Shown here one piece after another: positions 48,576 to 61,556 of a DNA stretch of 64,000 bases (the first letter of the stretch is position 1; each line of letters opens with the position of its first letter). The translations under genes and the position numbers were made by a program. Source of the stretch: Schmidtea polychroa (taxonomy: Eukaryota); contig CM097887.1 of assembly GCA_044892525.1 (NCBI GenBank), positions 60,884,001 to 60,948,000 on the forward strand, read 5' to 3'. Below the pieces are notes generated by a model. That model saw only the letters and a program-made list of their open reading frames with translations. It did not search any database and had not been told where the DNA came from.

Positions 48576-49791
48576 ATGCACGCTTATATCTTAGGGTCGG
48601 CGATCGCTATGTTTACTGTATACTGGAGCGTATTGCGAGTATTGATTTTTTGCTACTGTTCTTATAACCCAAGAAAAATTTAGCAACTGCAATTGGATAC
48701 TAATGTAATTATGATATATGCATCAACTTTACCCATAATGTATGAAAGTCATTCATTAAATTGTTTTATTCATTTTCAAAACTTGTTTTTCTTTTTTATC
48801 GTGCAATATACATACTTGTTCAAATATTATCGCCCACTAAAGTTTTGGAGGAGATATATAAAACTTTAGAAATTCCAGTCCTAGGTCACTTGTTAGTAAA
48901 GATCAACCCCTCAGGTATTGAACTATTACGACCACCACTCATTGAGAAAATTACTTTGTGATTATTACTGTAAGGTGTTTTTAGCTGAGATTTAAATATT
49001 TCAATGATTTATTAAGATAATTTTTTTATTGTGTTCACAAATATTAATCAATCATTTCAGACGACAGTGATCAAGAATTTGAGTGCGGAGATGAATGCTA
49101 GTAGTTTCCACATATGTCACATTTTTAGTGTGACATTTTTATAAAAATAAAAAAGACCCCCTGAAAAAAAGCTTATATAAATAGTTAACAAATGAATAGA
49201 TATTTAATTTTAAATAATTAAAACTTTTAATAAAACTATAAACTAACGAGAAAAGCAAAAAACATATTTGAAACAACCAAATCGAATTATAATAAATCAT
49301 TTCCCGTATTTTTTTTATAAAAAATTGAAAATTTTAATCTTTAAAGCCTTATTTATGTTGGTAAGTTAGAGATCAGTTAAAATCATTTGAATGGAAGACC
49401 GAACAACATTAGACAATAAAACAGAGAAAATAGAATCGAGAGATTTATGCATTATAGACAGGGCTCTGTGTAGCATCTAAAAGATTCTTTTGCATTTCTC
49501 TATCCTTCCTAATGATTGGTGAGTTTACCTTGCAGCTGGTCCACATAAATTCTCACCCCAGTCTGTCAGAGAAAATGCGACAGTGTGTTTTGTAGCTATG
49601 TCAAAGAGCAGTTCATTTTTCGAGAATTTATTTCCCTAGCTATTATTTTTTTTTACAATATTGTAAAACAACCAATAAAACTATGTAATTGATTGATGAT
49701 TTATTGTCTTGTCCATGATATGCACAATTGTCTCTCCCGTAAAATCCATCGTTTTTGATTTTCGTGTTTTTTGTCGGTACATATTGACATA

Positions 49792-50920
49792 ATGACTTTG
49801 GTTTTGTTTGATTATGGACGCTTTGAAAATCTCTCACGGATCTTTGATAGAAAACTCCATTATCGACAGAGAAATTTTAGCATTGACATTAACAACAGTT
49901 CCGAAGTTCAATTGAATTCTGAAGCCCCATCAAAAGACGAAGAGGCCGATGATGTTGTGTCTCCAATTTCAACGGTTTGTCAAGGTCATGTCATGTCAAG
50001 ATCTACGAATTCCGATCGGCGAATGTCAGTTCCGCAATTGTCGAGAAACAAATCGATCGTTAAAGCAAGAGAACAGAGAATCGCATCAGTTGTTGGGGTA
50101 CCCCATCGACATCATATCACTATTGCTGTCAACGATGAGCCGGTTGATATAATTAAAACTACATGTACAGGACCTTGTTTGCAATCTTGTCACATTAACT
50201 CGTCAACTAAAACCAATTCCTCACTGCCAACAGGTGGAATAAAATTTGAGAACAAAACCTACATAGCGAATGAATCCCGAAGCGCGAATCAATCGACAAA
50301 TATCATTTTGATGACTTTGATATATGTCATTAGCACTTTATCCGTTCGATCTATTATCAACTTATATATTATTTTGAATGACATCTCAAACACCCAAAGG
50401 AAAATCACTTTAGCATTCCTGTATTTCTTTTCCGCTATGATAACTTTGACAATGAGTCTCAACTGCTTTTCCAAACCAATCAAATCTATTACTGTCCGTG
50501 TTGAGCTGGTTGTTTCAATTGTTATGATATTAATCTGGTCCGGATTGCACTTGATACCGATTTCTTCGTGGCCGTGGTTGATTTTTACTGCTGTTTTACT
50601 TGGAATTGGAAGTAGTCTGTTATGGGACAGTCAAATAACAATGCTCTCTAAATGGAGTATATCGTCCTCTAGTAGATCCCAAATCCATACATTTAATGAT
50701 ATCATGTCTCATGCAAATATCATTCCGACAACTTCGGTAATTGGCCATTCTCTGCATATCTGGTCTAGCATACTTATTTTCATCCTTTTGGAAACAATGT
50801 CGTCCAGCATTCATAGTAAATCGCTTAATCTTTCGTCATTTCCATTGGAAATTACCGACAAATACAATGGCAGTAAATTTAAATCAAATTTTACGGATTT
50901 ATGCGGAATAAATTTTAAAG
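49792..50920 (+). CDS. UNC-93-like MFS membrane protein, first coding exon (3'-partial)
   Basis: Long hydrophilic N-terminus, then hydrophobic helices including WPWLIFTAVLLGIGSSLLWDSQITMLS (UNC-93 motif W..LIPT..LLG.G...LW..Q.TYL) and LCGINF. Ends at an AAAG|GTAAG donor in phase 1. Downstream exons not resolved. Confidence 0.7.
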
Positions 50921-51259
50921 GTAAGATATAATAAAATTAACGATAAGTATATTTCTACGAAAAGCGGTTTTATAATTGGGTCTTTTTTGATTAAAGAAAT
51001 AAGGTAATAAAAATAATTATTAAATAATTTACTAAATTTTAAGTGTAATATTTAAATGACTAGTCAAAATATCCGTCGTAAGGCTGTCTGATTGCGGCCT
51101 AAATTTTAATAATAAAACTTTGGTATATATAGCCTGTAATAAAAACTTATTATTAGAATCCTTTAAATAATAATAATAATAAAACATAATAATAATACAA
51201 GAAATAAATATTAATAATAATAGTAATAATAATAATATAAATTCACCACATGATTTCTG

Positions 51260-51683
51260 CAGTGGCGTAATCAGGGAGATTAAGGGGGTTTAACCCCCCC
51301 CCCCCCCATTGAATTTTTCATGTACCAATATTTGTCGAAGTCAAGTGCTTAAAAGATCATCCACCTAAATAAGAAAAAAACAAGACACTATTTTCCTTTA
51401 TTTTATTTACTGTAAATGTAATACTGTGACATATAGCTGTCTATAATGCTACATTGCAACCAAATGTCAGAAATCTTCTGCAAATCTTAGCCACACTACC
51501 CATATCCATAAGCGTTCATTCTCAACTCTCCGACGTTTTAAAACGTATCTACGAAACACTACTAGCGAAACACGACTCAATGAACTGGTCCTTTTGAATA
51601 TCCATCGAAAACATACCCCATCTACAGATGAAGTAATCAATGAATTTATCAAACAGAAAAGGCATTTGTACTTTGCATTATAG
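51260..51683 (+). pseudogene. Deleted hAT element (ZMYM1-like): left end plus dimerisation-domain remnant
   Basis: CAGTGGCGTAATCAGG terminus, then PNVRNLLQILATLPIS/KRSFSTLRRFKTYLRNTTSETRLNELVLLNIHR...DEVINEF..QKRHL. Confidence 0.8.
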
Positions 51684-51748
51684 CCTAAATTGTTGTTTGG
51701 TGATAAAGCGATAGTAATTATTAGGCTTATAATTCCCTTCTGTTTTAA

Positions 51749-53626
51749 GATCTATTTGCAGATGCGCCGGTAATTGGTAAGTTTAACATAATTTTCAGAA
51801 TAGTAACAAAATTTGGATACAATTTAAATAAATTATTTTTCAATAAATATTGTAATATTTGTAATATTGTGATCCTAGAAAGCAAAACTCAGCAACAAAT
51901 TTTGATTTCATTAAATAAATTAACGCAATCAATATCGTTTTGCAAAATGCGTCAAACTTGTTGATATGACTCGTGGTCCTTGTTCTACATTACGTCAAAG
52001 TAGTCATGTCAAAAATATCGATGACTCATCATTTTTATAATAAAGAAATTTTAGTACTCTCCTAAATTTTTTTAATTTTTCCAGAAATTGAATAAAAAAT
52101 TTGCGCTGAAAGCGATGTGAGTCTAGTTATAGTAAAAGACTCGACAGGAAAAAGGTTATCAGCGCAAATTGGAAATTGAAAGTGTATTAGAAAAGGAGGA
52201 ATTAGATTTAGTAAACTGTCAAAACAAAGGTGCAATAAGAAATTTATATAAAGATGTGTAAGCACTTATTCTGTAAAAGAATTCCAAAGTACAGTATATG
52301 CCCTGTGGAAGTAACAATATGAATGTAATACTTGGAAGCATCTCAAAATCATTTTCTATAGCAAATTCATTTTTAGGGACTACAAACATATAATATTTTT
52401 GCAAGTCCTGTGATACATAGGGATATTTTAAAAATGCATATCAAACGTAATTATACAAGATCACTATCAGAAACGAGATGAGAATGTCTCCCCAAAATTG
52501 TTAAGTCTGTTAGATTCCAAGTATATAATTTTCATAAATTTTGAAATACCCCCATAAACATCATCAGACACTGAATGAAGGGAATATTGTGAGCAAGATA
52601 TTTCAAAATTAAAATATACATATTGTAATTGCTTCACATTTTAAATGGCATTTTAAAAAAGTTTGTGAAAAGTATCGTTAACACTAGATTTACGGGTAAA
52701 AATAGCCGTAAAAATAGGTATATCTAATTCGATATGCGAAATGAGGGAGTCGGTCGAGGAGAGTAATTAATATTTCCATATATTTCATGAATTATTTAAA
52801 AACCAACATATGTATTCAAAAAATAATAAATCAGTATTATATATATGTAGCAATAGAATTTTTAATGAGCCAAATTGGCTCAGTCCGTAAATATAGTATT
52901 AATCGAATTTTAAATCTTCTTTAATAATTGCAATGAAATAATACACCTGAATTTAAGAATCAAAAAAACTGGACAATAAACAAAAAAATATTGTTATGAA
53001 GGAACCGATAAGCAGATTTCATCTGGCGAAGAATATGTTTTCAATATTTTCTAGTCATAATGGATGGTCTATTTATTTTTTAAGAATATATTCGAAATAT
53101 AATTACGAACATGAGACATCATATTGTTATTTATATATTTCGGATAAAATTCAAAAACTGACTGATTGAGTCTTTGGTTAAAAATTTTTTTAAAAAAATT
53201 TTAAGTCCTACACACTTTGAAAAATTTTCGAAAAAATTATGAGTCACAATAGAACAAAGAGTCATACAGCGCAAATTTTTTATTCAATTTCTGGAAAAAT
53301 TAAAAAAATTTAGGAGAGTACTAAAATTTCTTTATTATAAAAATGATGAGTCATCGATATTTTTGACATGACTACTTTGACGTAATGTAGAACAAGGACC
53401 ACGAGTCATATCAACAAGTTTGACGCATTTTGCAAAACGATATTGATTGCGTTAATTTATTTAATGAAATCAAAATTTGTTGCTGAGTTTTGCTTTCTAG
53501 GATCACAATATTACAAATATTACAATATTTATTGAAAAATAATTTATTTAAATTGTATCCAAATTTTGTTACTATTCTGAAAATTATGTTAAACTTACCA
53601 ATTACCGTCGCATCTGCAAATAGATC
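51749..53626. mobile_element. Non-autonomous TIR element with 360-bp inverted repeats and TTAA TSD (Kolobok-like)
   Basis: 51749-52108 is the reverse complement of 53267-53626 (one mismatch seen). Termini GA...TC, with TTAA at 51745-51748 and 53627-53630. The Kolobok assignment is inferred from the TTAA TSD plus 5'-RR ends. Confidence 0.8.
52682..52898. mobile_element. piggyBac-type MITE nested in the spacer of the long-TIR element
   Basis: TTAA|CACTAGATTTACGG ... CCGTAAATATAGTA|TTAA (12/14 TIR). Confidence 0.6.
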
Positions 53627-53679
53627 TTAAGATTTAAAATAATAAAACACTAGTTGAAATCTAGCATTAATCAAGAACC

Positions 53680-53775
53680 TACTTAGACTTTTTATCTACC
53701 GAATCCGAATAAGCCACAAAACTGAATTATGGTGATATTATCAACGAATTTGCTATAAACCATGTAAGAAATTAA
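53680..53775 (+). pseudogene. Second hAT dimerisation-domain tail remnant
   Basis: FLSTESE*ATKLNYGDIINEFAINHVRN* resembles LSIE......L.Y.DII.EFA..K.RK. Confidence 0.4.
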
Positions 53776-56184
53776 AACAAAATAATGAATTATAACTTAA
53801 TTCTAGTGAGTTACATCCCACTTGTATTTTATAAGTATATGAATCTATTATTTTTGTTATTTAATTTATTAACGATAACACATGCTGCAGAAAACGACTG
53901 GTCTTTCACAATTTCGAATCATAAATAAAATAAACAAAAATGTAATTTGCAATTTTTAATTAAAAAATCAAAATATTTTATATTCAGATTTTTCAAAATG
54001 AAACTTAGAAATTCTTTCTGAAAATTAGTTACGACCCCAAATTTGGTATGAGATTAGGAAGTTATGGAAAACATACAAAGACCCATTTTGTCTAGTGCAC
54101 TTTTGTCAGGTCCCTATATGAAAAGAAATAAATAATAAATTACAAGTATTACATTCAAGTGGAAAATAATAAATCAAACTGACTATTTGGTAATTGAAAT
54201 AGACATTATTAAATCCAAATGGGGTTTAAATTGTTTAAATTGTCATGTATTTATTTAGCAAATAATATTTCTCAATTATAAATTATTTCATCGGGTAAAT
54301 TTAAATTTTTTATCTAAATAATTATAATAAATATGTATAGAAATGCTCTATAAATTATATTCTATAATTAATTGTTTTTTATAAATTTTTTTAACATTAA
54401 AATGAAATAATGAAAATGTTAGAATAATTAAAAATCTAATGAAAAAAGAATAATTGTATTTATTAAATCTCTCAATGAATTCAAGCTATAGGGGAATAAA
54501 TAATATAACACGCATAAGGTGTTTCAGGTAAATGTTAAAAAAATATTAAAATATCCTTAACAGAAAATATTGAAATAAATTTGTAGGATGAATTAAATGT
54601 AGTAATGAAGTATTTTCCTAATTTTTTAATCCAAATGCAAAATTTGTGTCTAAATTTAAAATTCCATTATCTTCCAAATTGATATTATTGAAATTCCATG
54701 GCAGTGAATTCCTATTCCCTTGTAAGCATTTCAATATATGGATCAACTAACTTAATTCCCTTACAATAATTCAGGATTATGAAAAGAAATTATCATAATT
54801 CTAACAGTTTTAGTTTTATACCTCGATCTCATTGCAACGATTCATTTCAACGTAAATTCAATTATTATTTTAAATTAAAACAGGACAGAAACTTCTGAAG
54901 TAATTTGAAAAATCTAAATTATAAGATTGTGTCTAATTCGTGTAAAATACGCATTATGTTTAATAATAAGTCTAAAATCCCAGTTGGTTTGTATTGAGAT
55001 CTCGTTAATCACTTTACATGTAATGGGTAAGTCTGATTTTAAAATTTCATTAATATTTTTTTAATAATTTTTGGTAACGTGATATGTGAGATTTTGTTGA
55101 TCTGATCATTTGATCCAAAAATTAGTTTGTAAAAGGGTGTGAATACTTGTATTTTGAATGTTTTTAAGTAGTTTGGATGGTAAATTGAGTGAACGTGGAT
55201 TGTAGTCGTTTCGAATGTATTGAATAGTTAATTTATTAAGTTATATAATTTTGTATTTATTAAAAAATTGACTATGAATCAGAAAAGATATCGATGTTTG
55301 TTTTTTGATATTCACGAATTTTCGGCAGAGCCTTTTGTTTTTAAAATTTTCAGTGATTTATTGGTAATATATAAATTTAAAACGCATAAATAAAATACCA
55401 TTTAAAAAACTTTGAAATAAATTTTAAAAAATTAGTTTAATTTGAATTTAATTTATTGAAATAATAAAATTTTGTAATGTGTTTATTAAATATATAACAT
55501 ATATAATTTTTTCTATACTACCTAACGATGAAAGGAAACTGTCGAAAAATATAGTAAAATGTATGTTTGAGTTCAAATCTGTGTGTTTTACTTAAATAAA
55601 CAAAGTTAAAAGTGATGCAAAAGTACAAATGCTCAACAAAATTTCGTTTTTTCAGTACAAAATACTGATTTTTATTTATTATTATTTTAAATATTAAAAT
55701 ATATTTTTAGTGTTCTATAAAAGCGTTAAACATATTTACTTCTAAATTCATTTTTCATCATTTTAAATTCTATTAAATTCTATGTTAATTCTATGTTAAA
55801 TTTATAAATTAATATTTTTTAATATTTTTGAAATTAAAAAATTTAGGTTTTACATCTCATAGGTATCAGTGTCAAATTTATTGCCACAAAACGAAAGAAA
55901 ATGTTAGTAAAACTTTACAAATAGGACCCAAATTCTGTGCTAACCATTAAAAAACGAATCTTGATGATGGCATTAAATCTGTCAAAATGTTTCTATTCTT
56001 ATTCTTAATTACGTTAAAATAAGTATTCACAATTACATTTTTTTAAATGTTAACAAATCGTCCAATCCATCCATGGATTTGTAAATATTTACGTGTTTAT
56101 CATAGGTGTTTATGAAGAATTACGAAAACGTTACGCTCGATCTTATAGGGTTAAATTGGCTCCAAGCTTAGGTTTATATTATTA

Positions 56185-56757
56185 CAGTAAACCCTCTAAC
56201 TGCGCGGTTTTGCAATTGCACGGCCAAGTTTTAAATACCAAAATTTCTATCTGCGCGGTAAAAATTTCGTAGCTGGGCGTTTTTTGCTGTTTTTGACAAA
56301 AATAATCATGTTAATTCAAATCGGTGAATCATACAATAGTGATTCCACGTATTTCGATGCATATATACTTTTTATTTAAAAAAAAATATTGAAAGTTTCA
56401 TTTTTCTAGTGATCGCGTTAGAATGAGGATCTGAAATTACATAATTATAAGTGTTTGTTTAATTAAAAATATATATGTATTAAATTATATTTAAATTATA
56501 TTTAATTTTTATTTATGTTTATATTCGTTATGTATAAGTCGTTGAATTGAGACTGTTTTCTATAATTTTTATGTTTATATTAATGTAAATATGTATATTA
56601 GTCGTTGAATAAAGACTTTTTATTATATATTTTGCAGTTTTTCTAATATCTGGAACCTAACCCCATAATTACATATAAATCGGGTTCACAGTGCGCGGTT
56701 TCGGTTTGCACGTTGTTTTTGTGGAACCTATCTACCGCGCAGTTGGAGGGTTTTAAT
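56185..56757. mobile_element. Tigger/pogo-like MITE
   Basis: TA|CAGTAAACCCTCTAACTGCGCGG ... CCGCGCAGTTGGAGGGTTTTAA: inverted repeat with a degenerate right terminus. Confidence 0.7.
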
Positions 56758-57320
56758 AATATAAATATACTGTATTTAATAATATAAAGTTTAACATTAT
56801 TTATTATTGTTTATTGTTGTTAATATTAAAGCACTCAATGTGAATTTCAAAATACAGCACTTGAAATAGTCAAAATAAAAAAAATATAATAACAAAACAC
56901 TGAAAATGTTCAAAAATAAATCAATTTAGTTACAAATAATTGTAATGCAATAATTATAATATAATAAATAAAATTAATTAATTAATTATTTTAATAATTC
57001 GCTGAAATTAAATTACATATTTAATCTTCTTAAATTAAGTTTGCTAAAACCTAAAAATCTTTTTTGCTTCTATATTTTTAAACATTGAGTTACAATTTTG
57101 ATTATTGTCAATTTTTCATCAGCATAAAAATATTTGTATATAATATTTAAAAAATCGTAATTATGCATAATAATTATACATAATAATTATATATAATAAT
57201 CATATATTATGATCTTACAGATTGTCAGGAAGAATAAATAAATTATAATTGAAACATAATATCAAAATAAATTGTTGCAAATTGGCTTCATATCTGGACC
57301 AGGTAGAATCTGAAATTGTT

Positions 57321-57364
57321 TATAACCTACATATAACCTACATATAACCTACATATAACCTACA
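57321..57364. repeat. 11-bp minisatellite (TATAACCTACA) x4
   Basis: Four exact tandem units. Confidence 0.85.
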
Positions 57365-60300
57365 TCTATTTTTCTCTATCCTATAATATTTATTTATTTT
57401 GAAAACATCTACAAGTCTGCCATTATCCAACATATTCATAAACAAATCCCACCGAATGCTTGAAACCTCAGCATTGCCAGTGACATCATTTGATTCATCT
57501 TGTTGAATAGAAAAGTATTTTTTAGATTATAAAAGCATTCTTTATTTACTTCAATTTATATTTTCATTTCTTAATTTTACATGAAACGCGGTGATTTTTT
57601 GTCACTAAATATAAATCTAAAAAGATAAATAATCTCCATCTTAATTGTGAAAAATAGTTTTTGATTTAGCATTGAAGAATTAGTGCAAATTAAGGGACGA
57701 GTAGAAGTATCAGAAGATGAGAAGTGGGCAAAAAACTTTTTTTATAATTAGGAAACTTTATTATTTAAATTTAACTCATTTACTCTTAAAAATCAATGAA
57801 AATACAAATATTAAAAGAAATACATTTTTTCCCACTTGTTAAAATGGCAGAACCAAACTTTAAATTCCTGGATATGAAACAATACAGCGACGGATTTAAC
57901 AGTGTAACAACCATAGGCCAAGATTTCTATGCCACCCTCTCCAAAATAAATATTGCATATTGACTTCCAGATATGTTAACATAAGTTATATTGGAAAGAG
58001 AAATTCAGCACCAATCTATTTCTATTATAAAATTAAAGTAATTAAAGTATTAGTAACTTCAAGAGATTATTAGTTTAAACTTTAATTACAATGATTAAAA
58101 CTTTCTTCAATTGTCTTTCTTAGTCCTTGCTTGTACAAGTTACAACTCGTAATGCCGCTCTTGAAATGGGTCACCCTTACCCGAGGCTATGCTGGTCTAG
58201 TGTTGAATAAGGCACCGATACAATGGGAACCACTTCAGTAATCACAAGGTTGTGTGTACAGATAAAACACTTTATTTAAAATCATTTAAAAATTTAAAAT
58301 CATGTACACCACAGCTCGAATGGCATTCTATTGAAATCAAACTGTTATCATCTAGTTGTAAAACCAAATTTCTCTTTATCAACTTCTCTAGCTCAGTGTT
58401 GTGTGATAAGACCGTGAAACTACGAAACTAAAAGGTTTGACGCAGCTACCAATCTTCATATCTAAATTTATCTTGCCCGTAGCGTTAAGCGAATACCCGA
58501 CTTACCTGTTGTGAACATGGCATGAACACGCAGAGGCGTACCAAACGTAGACACCACGGAATTAAGTACGTTTTTGCCGTTCACTAGCCATGGTCTACAC
58601 AGGCCACAAGGAAATTACCTGATAGGTCAATATAGTTTTTAATGGTTGTTGTGGATCGAAAAAATTTTAGCGATTTTAGTGTATATAAGTGAATTCATCG
58701 TTTGAAAACAACAAAAGAAAACAGAAATTCAATTCAAAGCTTTATTTGTATAATGAAAATTCTAGACTATATAGACATAGTACTAATACAAATTCTTACT
58801 TATTCAAGCTGGCACAAATTCAGAAAAATTTAGTCTAACCAAAATTTCAGCATTAAATTATGATTGAAATGGGTCAGTATTTATAGTTTGATTTTGGTGT
58901 GCGAGTATATATATGCACTGATTCAGTAAAACAAATTCGAATTATTTTAATTCTGATTAATTTTGAATTTTAATTTTATCAATTTTGATTGCGATATTTT
59001 ATAATTTATTGTTTATTTTATTTTCTGATTTTTATATTTTATTTAATTTTAATTAATTTCGCCGCCGTGATGGATATGGCCATTTTCTAGAATATTCTAT
59101 GATACTTTAATGATTTTTTTATAATTCCTATTTCTTTTAGTTTTACGTTATTTTATTTTAGTTTTTTGGCGATTTAAATTTTTACATTTTAGTTAACTTC
59201 AACTAGTTGTGGAGGTCATGATGGATTTCACCATTTTCATAGAACATTCTAGCATTTCTTATCATCTCTATTATAATTTTGACTTCTAATTCATTTTTAA
59301 TGATATTCTGTGGAAATCTTTTCCATTTCCATTCTTAATTTCTCTTATCACCATTAACTTGCATTTGTTTACTTTCTGTTATTTATCAATACTATGTTTG
59401 AGTTTGTTTCATTCAATATTTCTTGTTCTTGTTTTATCTAATTTTTGTGTTTTGTCATTTTGGCGTCGTGTAAGTTCTTTTTATTTTGTTTACTTGAAGT
59501 TTTAGTTGTTTTTATTTTAACTTAATTTTAACGTTACTGCTACGTTGGCTTAAATTCAGTTTTTGCTCAACATTTCGTAACTTATTAAAAAGGATCATCA
59601 AAGACTTTTAGATTATTAAACTATACGGCAACAACTGCTTTTTTTTATTCAATCACTGCAAAAAAAATATTTTTCATTTTCGTTCTAAGGTTTCTTTTCA
59701 AATTAATTATACTCAGTTAACTTATAAATTCCGTTAAGTATAGATCATCCCGATTAATTCCAAACAAATCAAAAGTTAAGGTAATTTGTGTTTCTCATCT
59801 TATATAACCTTAAAAAAAAATTTAATTTATTTTTAAACTATTGCCTAACCTGGTTATGACACGAGCTCTATCCTAGTGTTTTTTTCTAAAGACTTTAACA
59901 AATTTCAAACTTTCCCCTCGTCTGTTGAAATTTAACTCTATTAATTCTATTATTCTTTTGAGATCTGTAATACGTACGCTTCGATGGATATTCACCAATA
60001 TAAAACACCTTTTTATTTAAAAATTTAATCATTCCTTGAAGAAAGTAATCAAACCCTGTTGTACAAAAACTAAAAGTAAGCTTAATTAATTAATTAACAA
60101 TTAAATTCCTCGTTTTTAATATTAATTAAATAAAGAATTTCTACAATTGGTTAAAATTAATTTACTTCTTTAAAATGATCAAGTTCAACACTTAAATAAA
60201 TTTATTAAATTAATATTAAGTTATTTTAACAAACAGAATTAAGGCAAAATTAAATTATAAGAACAAAAACAATATTTTTTAAACCAAATTTCAAAGAACA

Positions 60301-60623
60301 ATTTCTTAAAAATCATTTAAAATAATATCTTTTCTTTGTTTATTCACGTAGAATAAATCAATTTTATCTGTTCAAACAAAATATAAAGGAAAATCCAAAA
60401 TTTCTTAAATAAAATTTTATTTCTACAAATATTTTCGAAAAATAAACAAAATTTATAAAATTATACTGTAAACCCGAAATTAGTCAATTCATTTTTTTAA
60501 TTACGAAAAGTGAAAGCAATTCACATTAAAATAATGGTTAACTCGTGGACATTCGTTCTGAATATAAAATATGATAGACATGTTGAGGTAAACAAATAAT
60601 TACAAATAAAATAAAATTATATT

Positions 60624-61556
60624 TGTAATGAGAGAGGTGCAAAACTGGTTAAGGAGAGAAGTGTCAATGAGAAGAAATAAAATGGGTAGAATGGCTCGAG
60701 AAGGTGCATTAGTATATGGGAAAAGCACAAAAAAGGTGAATCGAGAAAAAATCGATAAAAGATTCATAAATTTGATTTAAAGTCTGGAAAATTGGTCATG
60801 GGTGGAGCAGGTAGCGAGGAATAACATGGTGATAACGGAATTTTCAGAAAGCGCTAAGAAGAGTGCGAAAAGGTTTGTAAAAGATGAAAAACAAGAAAAT
60901 AAAATTAATTAATTAATTAGCTAGTAGAAAGAAATCCCGAGTTGGGTAAACAAAAAGAAAAGTAAACAAAAGGAAAATTTAGGCCCATTATCTTGTCACA
61001 ATGATTAATGGGAGAAAACCAAGAAAAATATAGTGCGTGCAGAAAGGATTATTCTGGATAACAGCCGAAGCGAATATGTGGAGTCAAATGTCAGGAGAGA
61101 GATTGGCTCGACAATAACCATTTATCATCCAGATTTCGAATAGTATATAAGAAATGGAAAAATCAGAGCAAACCGGCATCCTGCCTCAGCTAGGGACGCG
61201 AAGAAACTGATCTTAGAACAATCAGGAAGTTAAGGAAACGAACGGATAGAGTTAGGAGATATTCGAGACGTGAAAAGAAAATTGAATTGGAAGCGAACCA
61301 GATCAAATAGTAAAAATTCGTTTAAAAGGAAGTTAGTGGATATTGATAGGTGAATATCGATAAAGATTTTGACAAAGTATCAACGCTGAGTGCAGAACCG
61401 ATTAAACTGGGGAAACTCTGTCGTTGATTGTATCTTTGGATTTTGAGAGATTTTTGTGATTCAAATATACGTTGGGTAGTTTATTGTTTTGTTAATTACG
61501 ATTAAAGGGACACGTGGAGTCAGAGGTTACCAACTTGAATTAATAAAACCCAACAG
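60624..61556 (+). mobile_element. BEL/Pao-type LTR copy 4 (solo-like; start approximate)
   Basis: AATTAATTAATTAATTAGC...GAAATCCCGAG and the 3' block AAATATACGTTGGGTA...GGAGTCAGAG...AAAACCCAACA are shared with copies 1-3. No TSD found. Confidence 0.5.
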
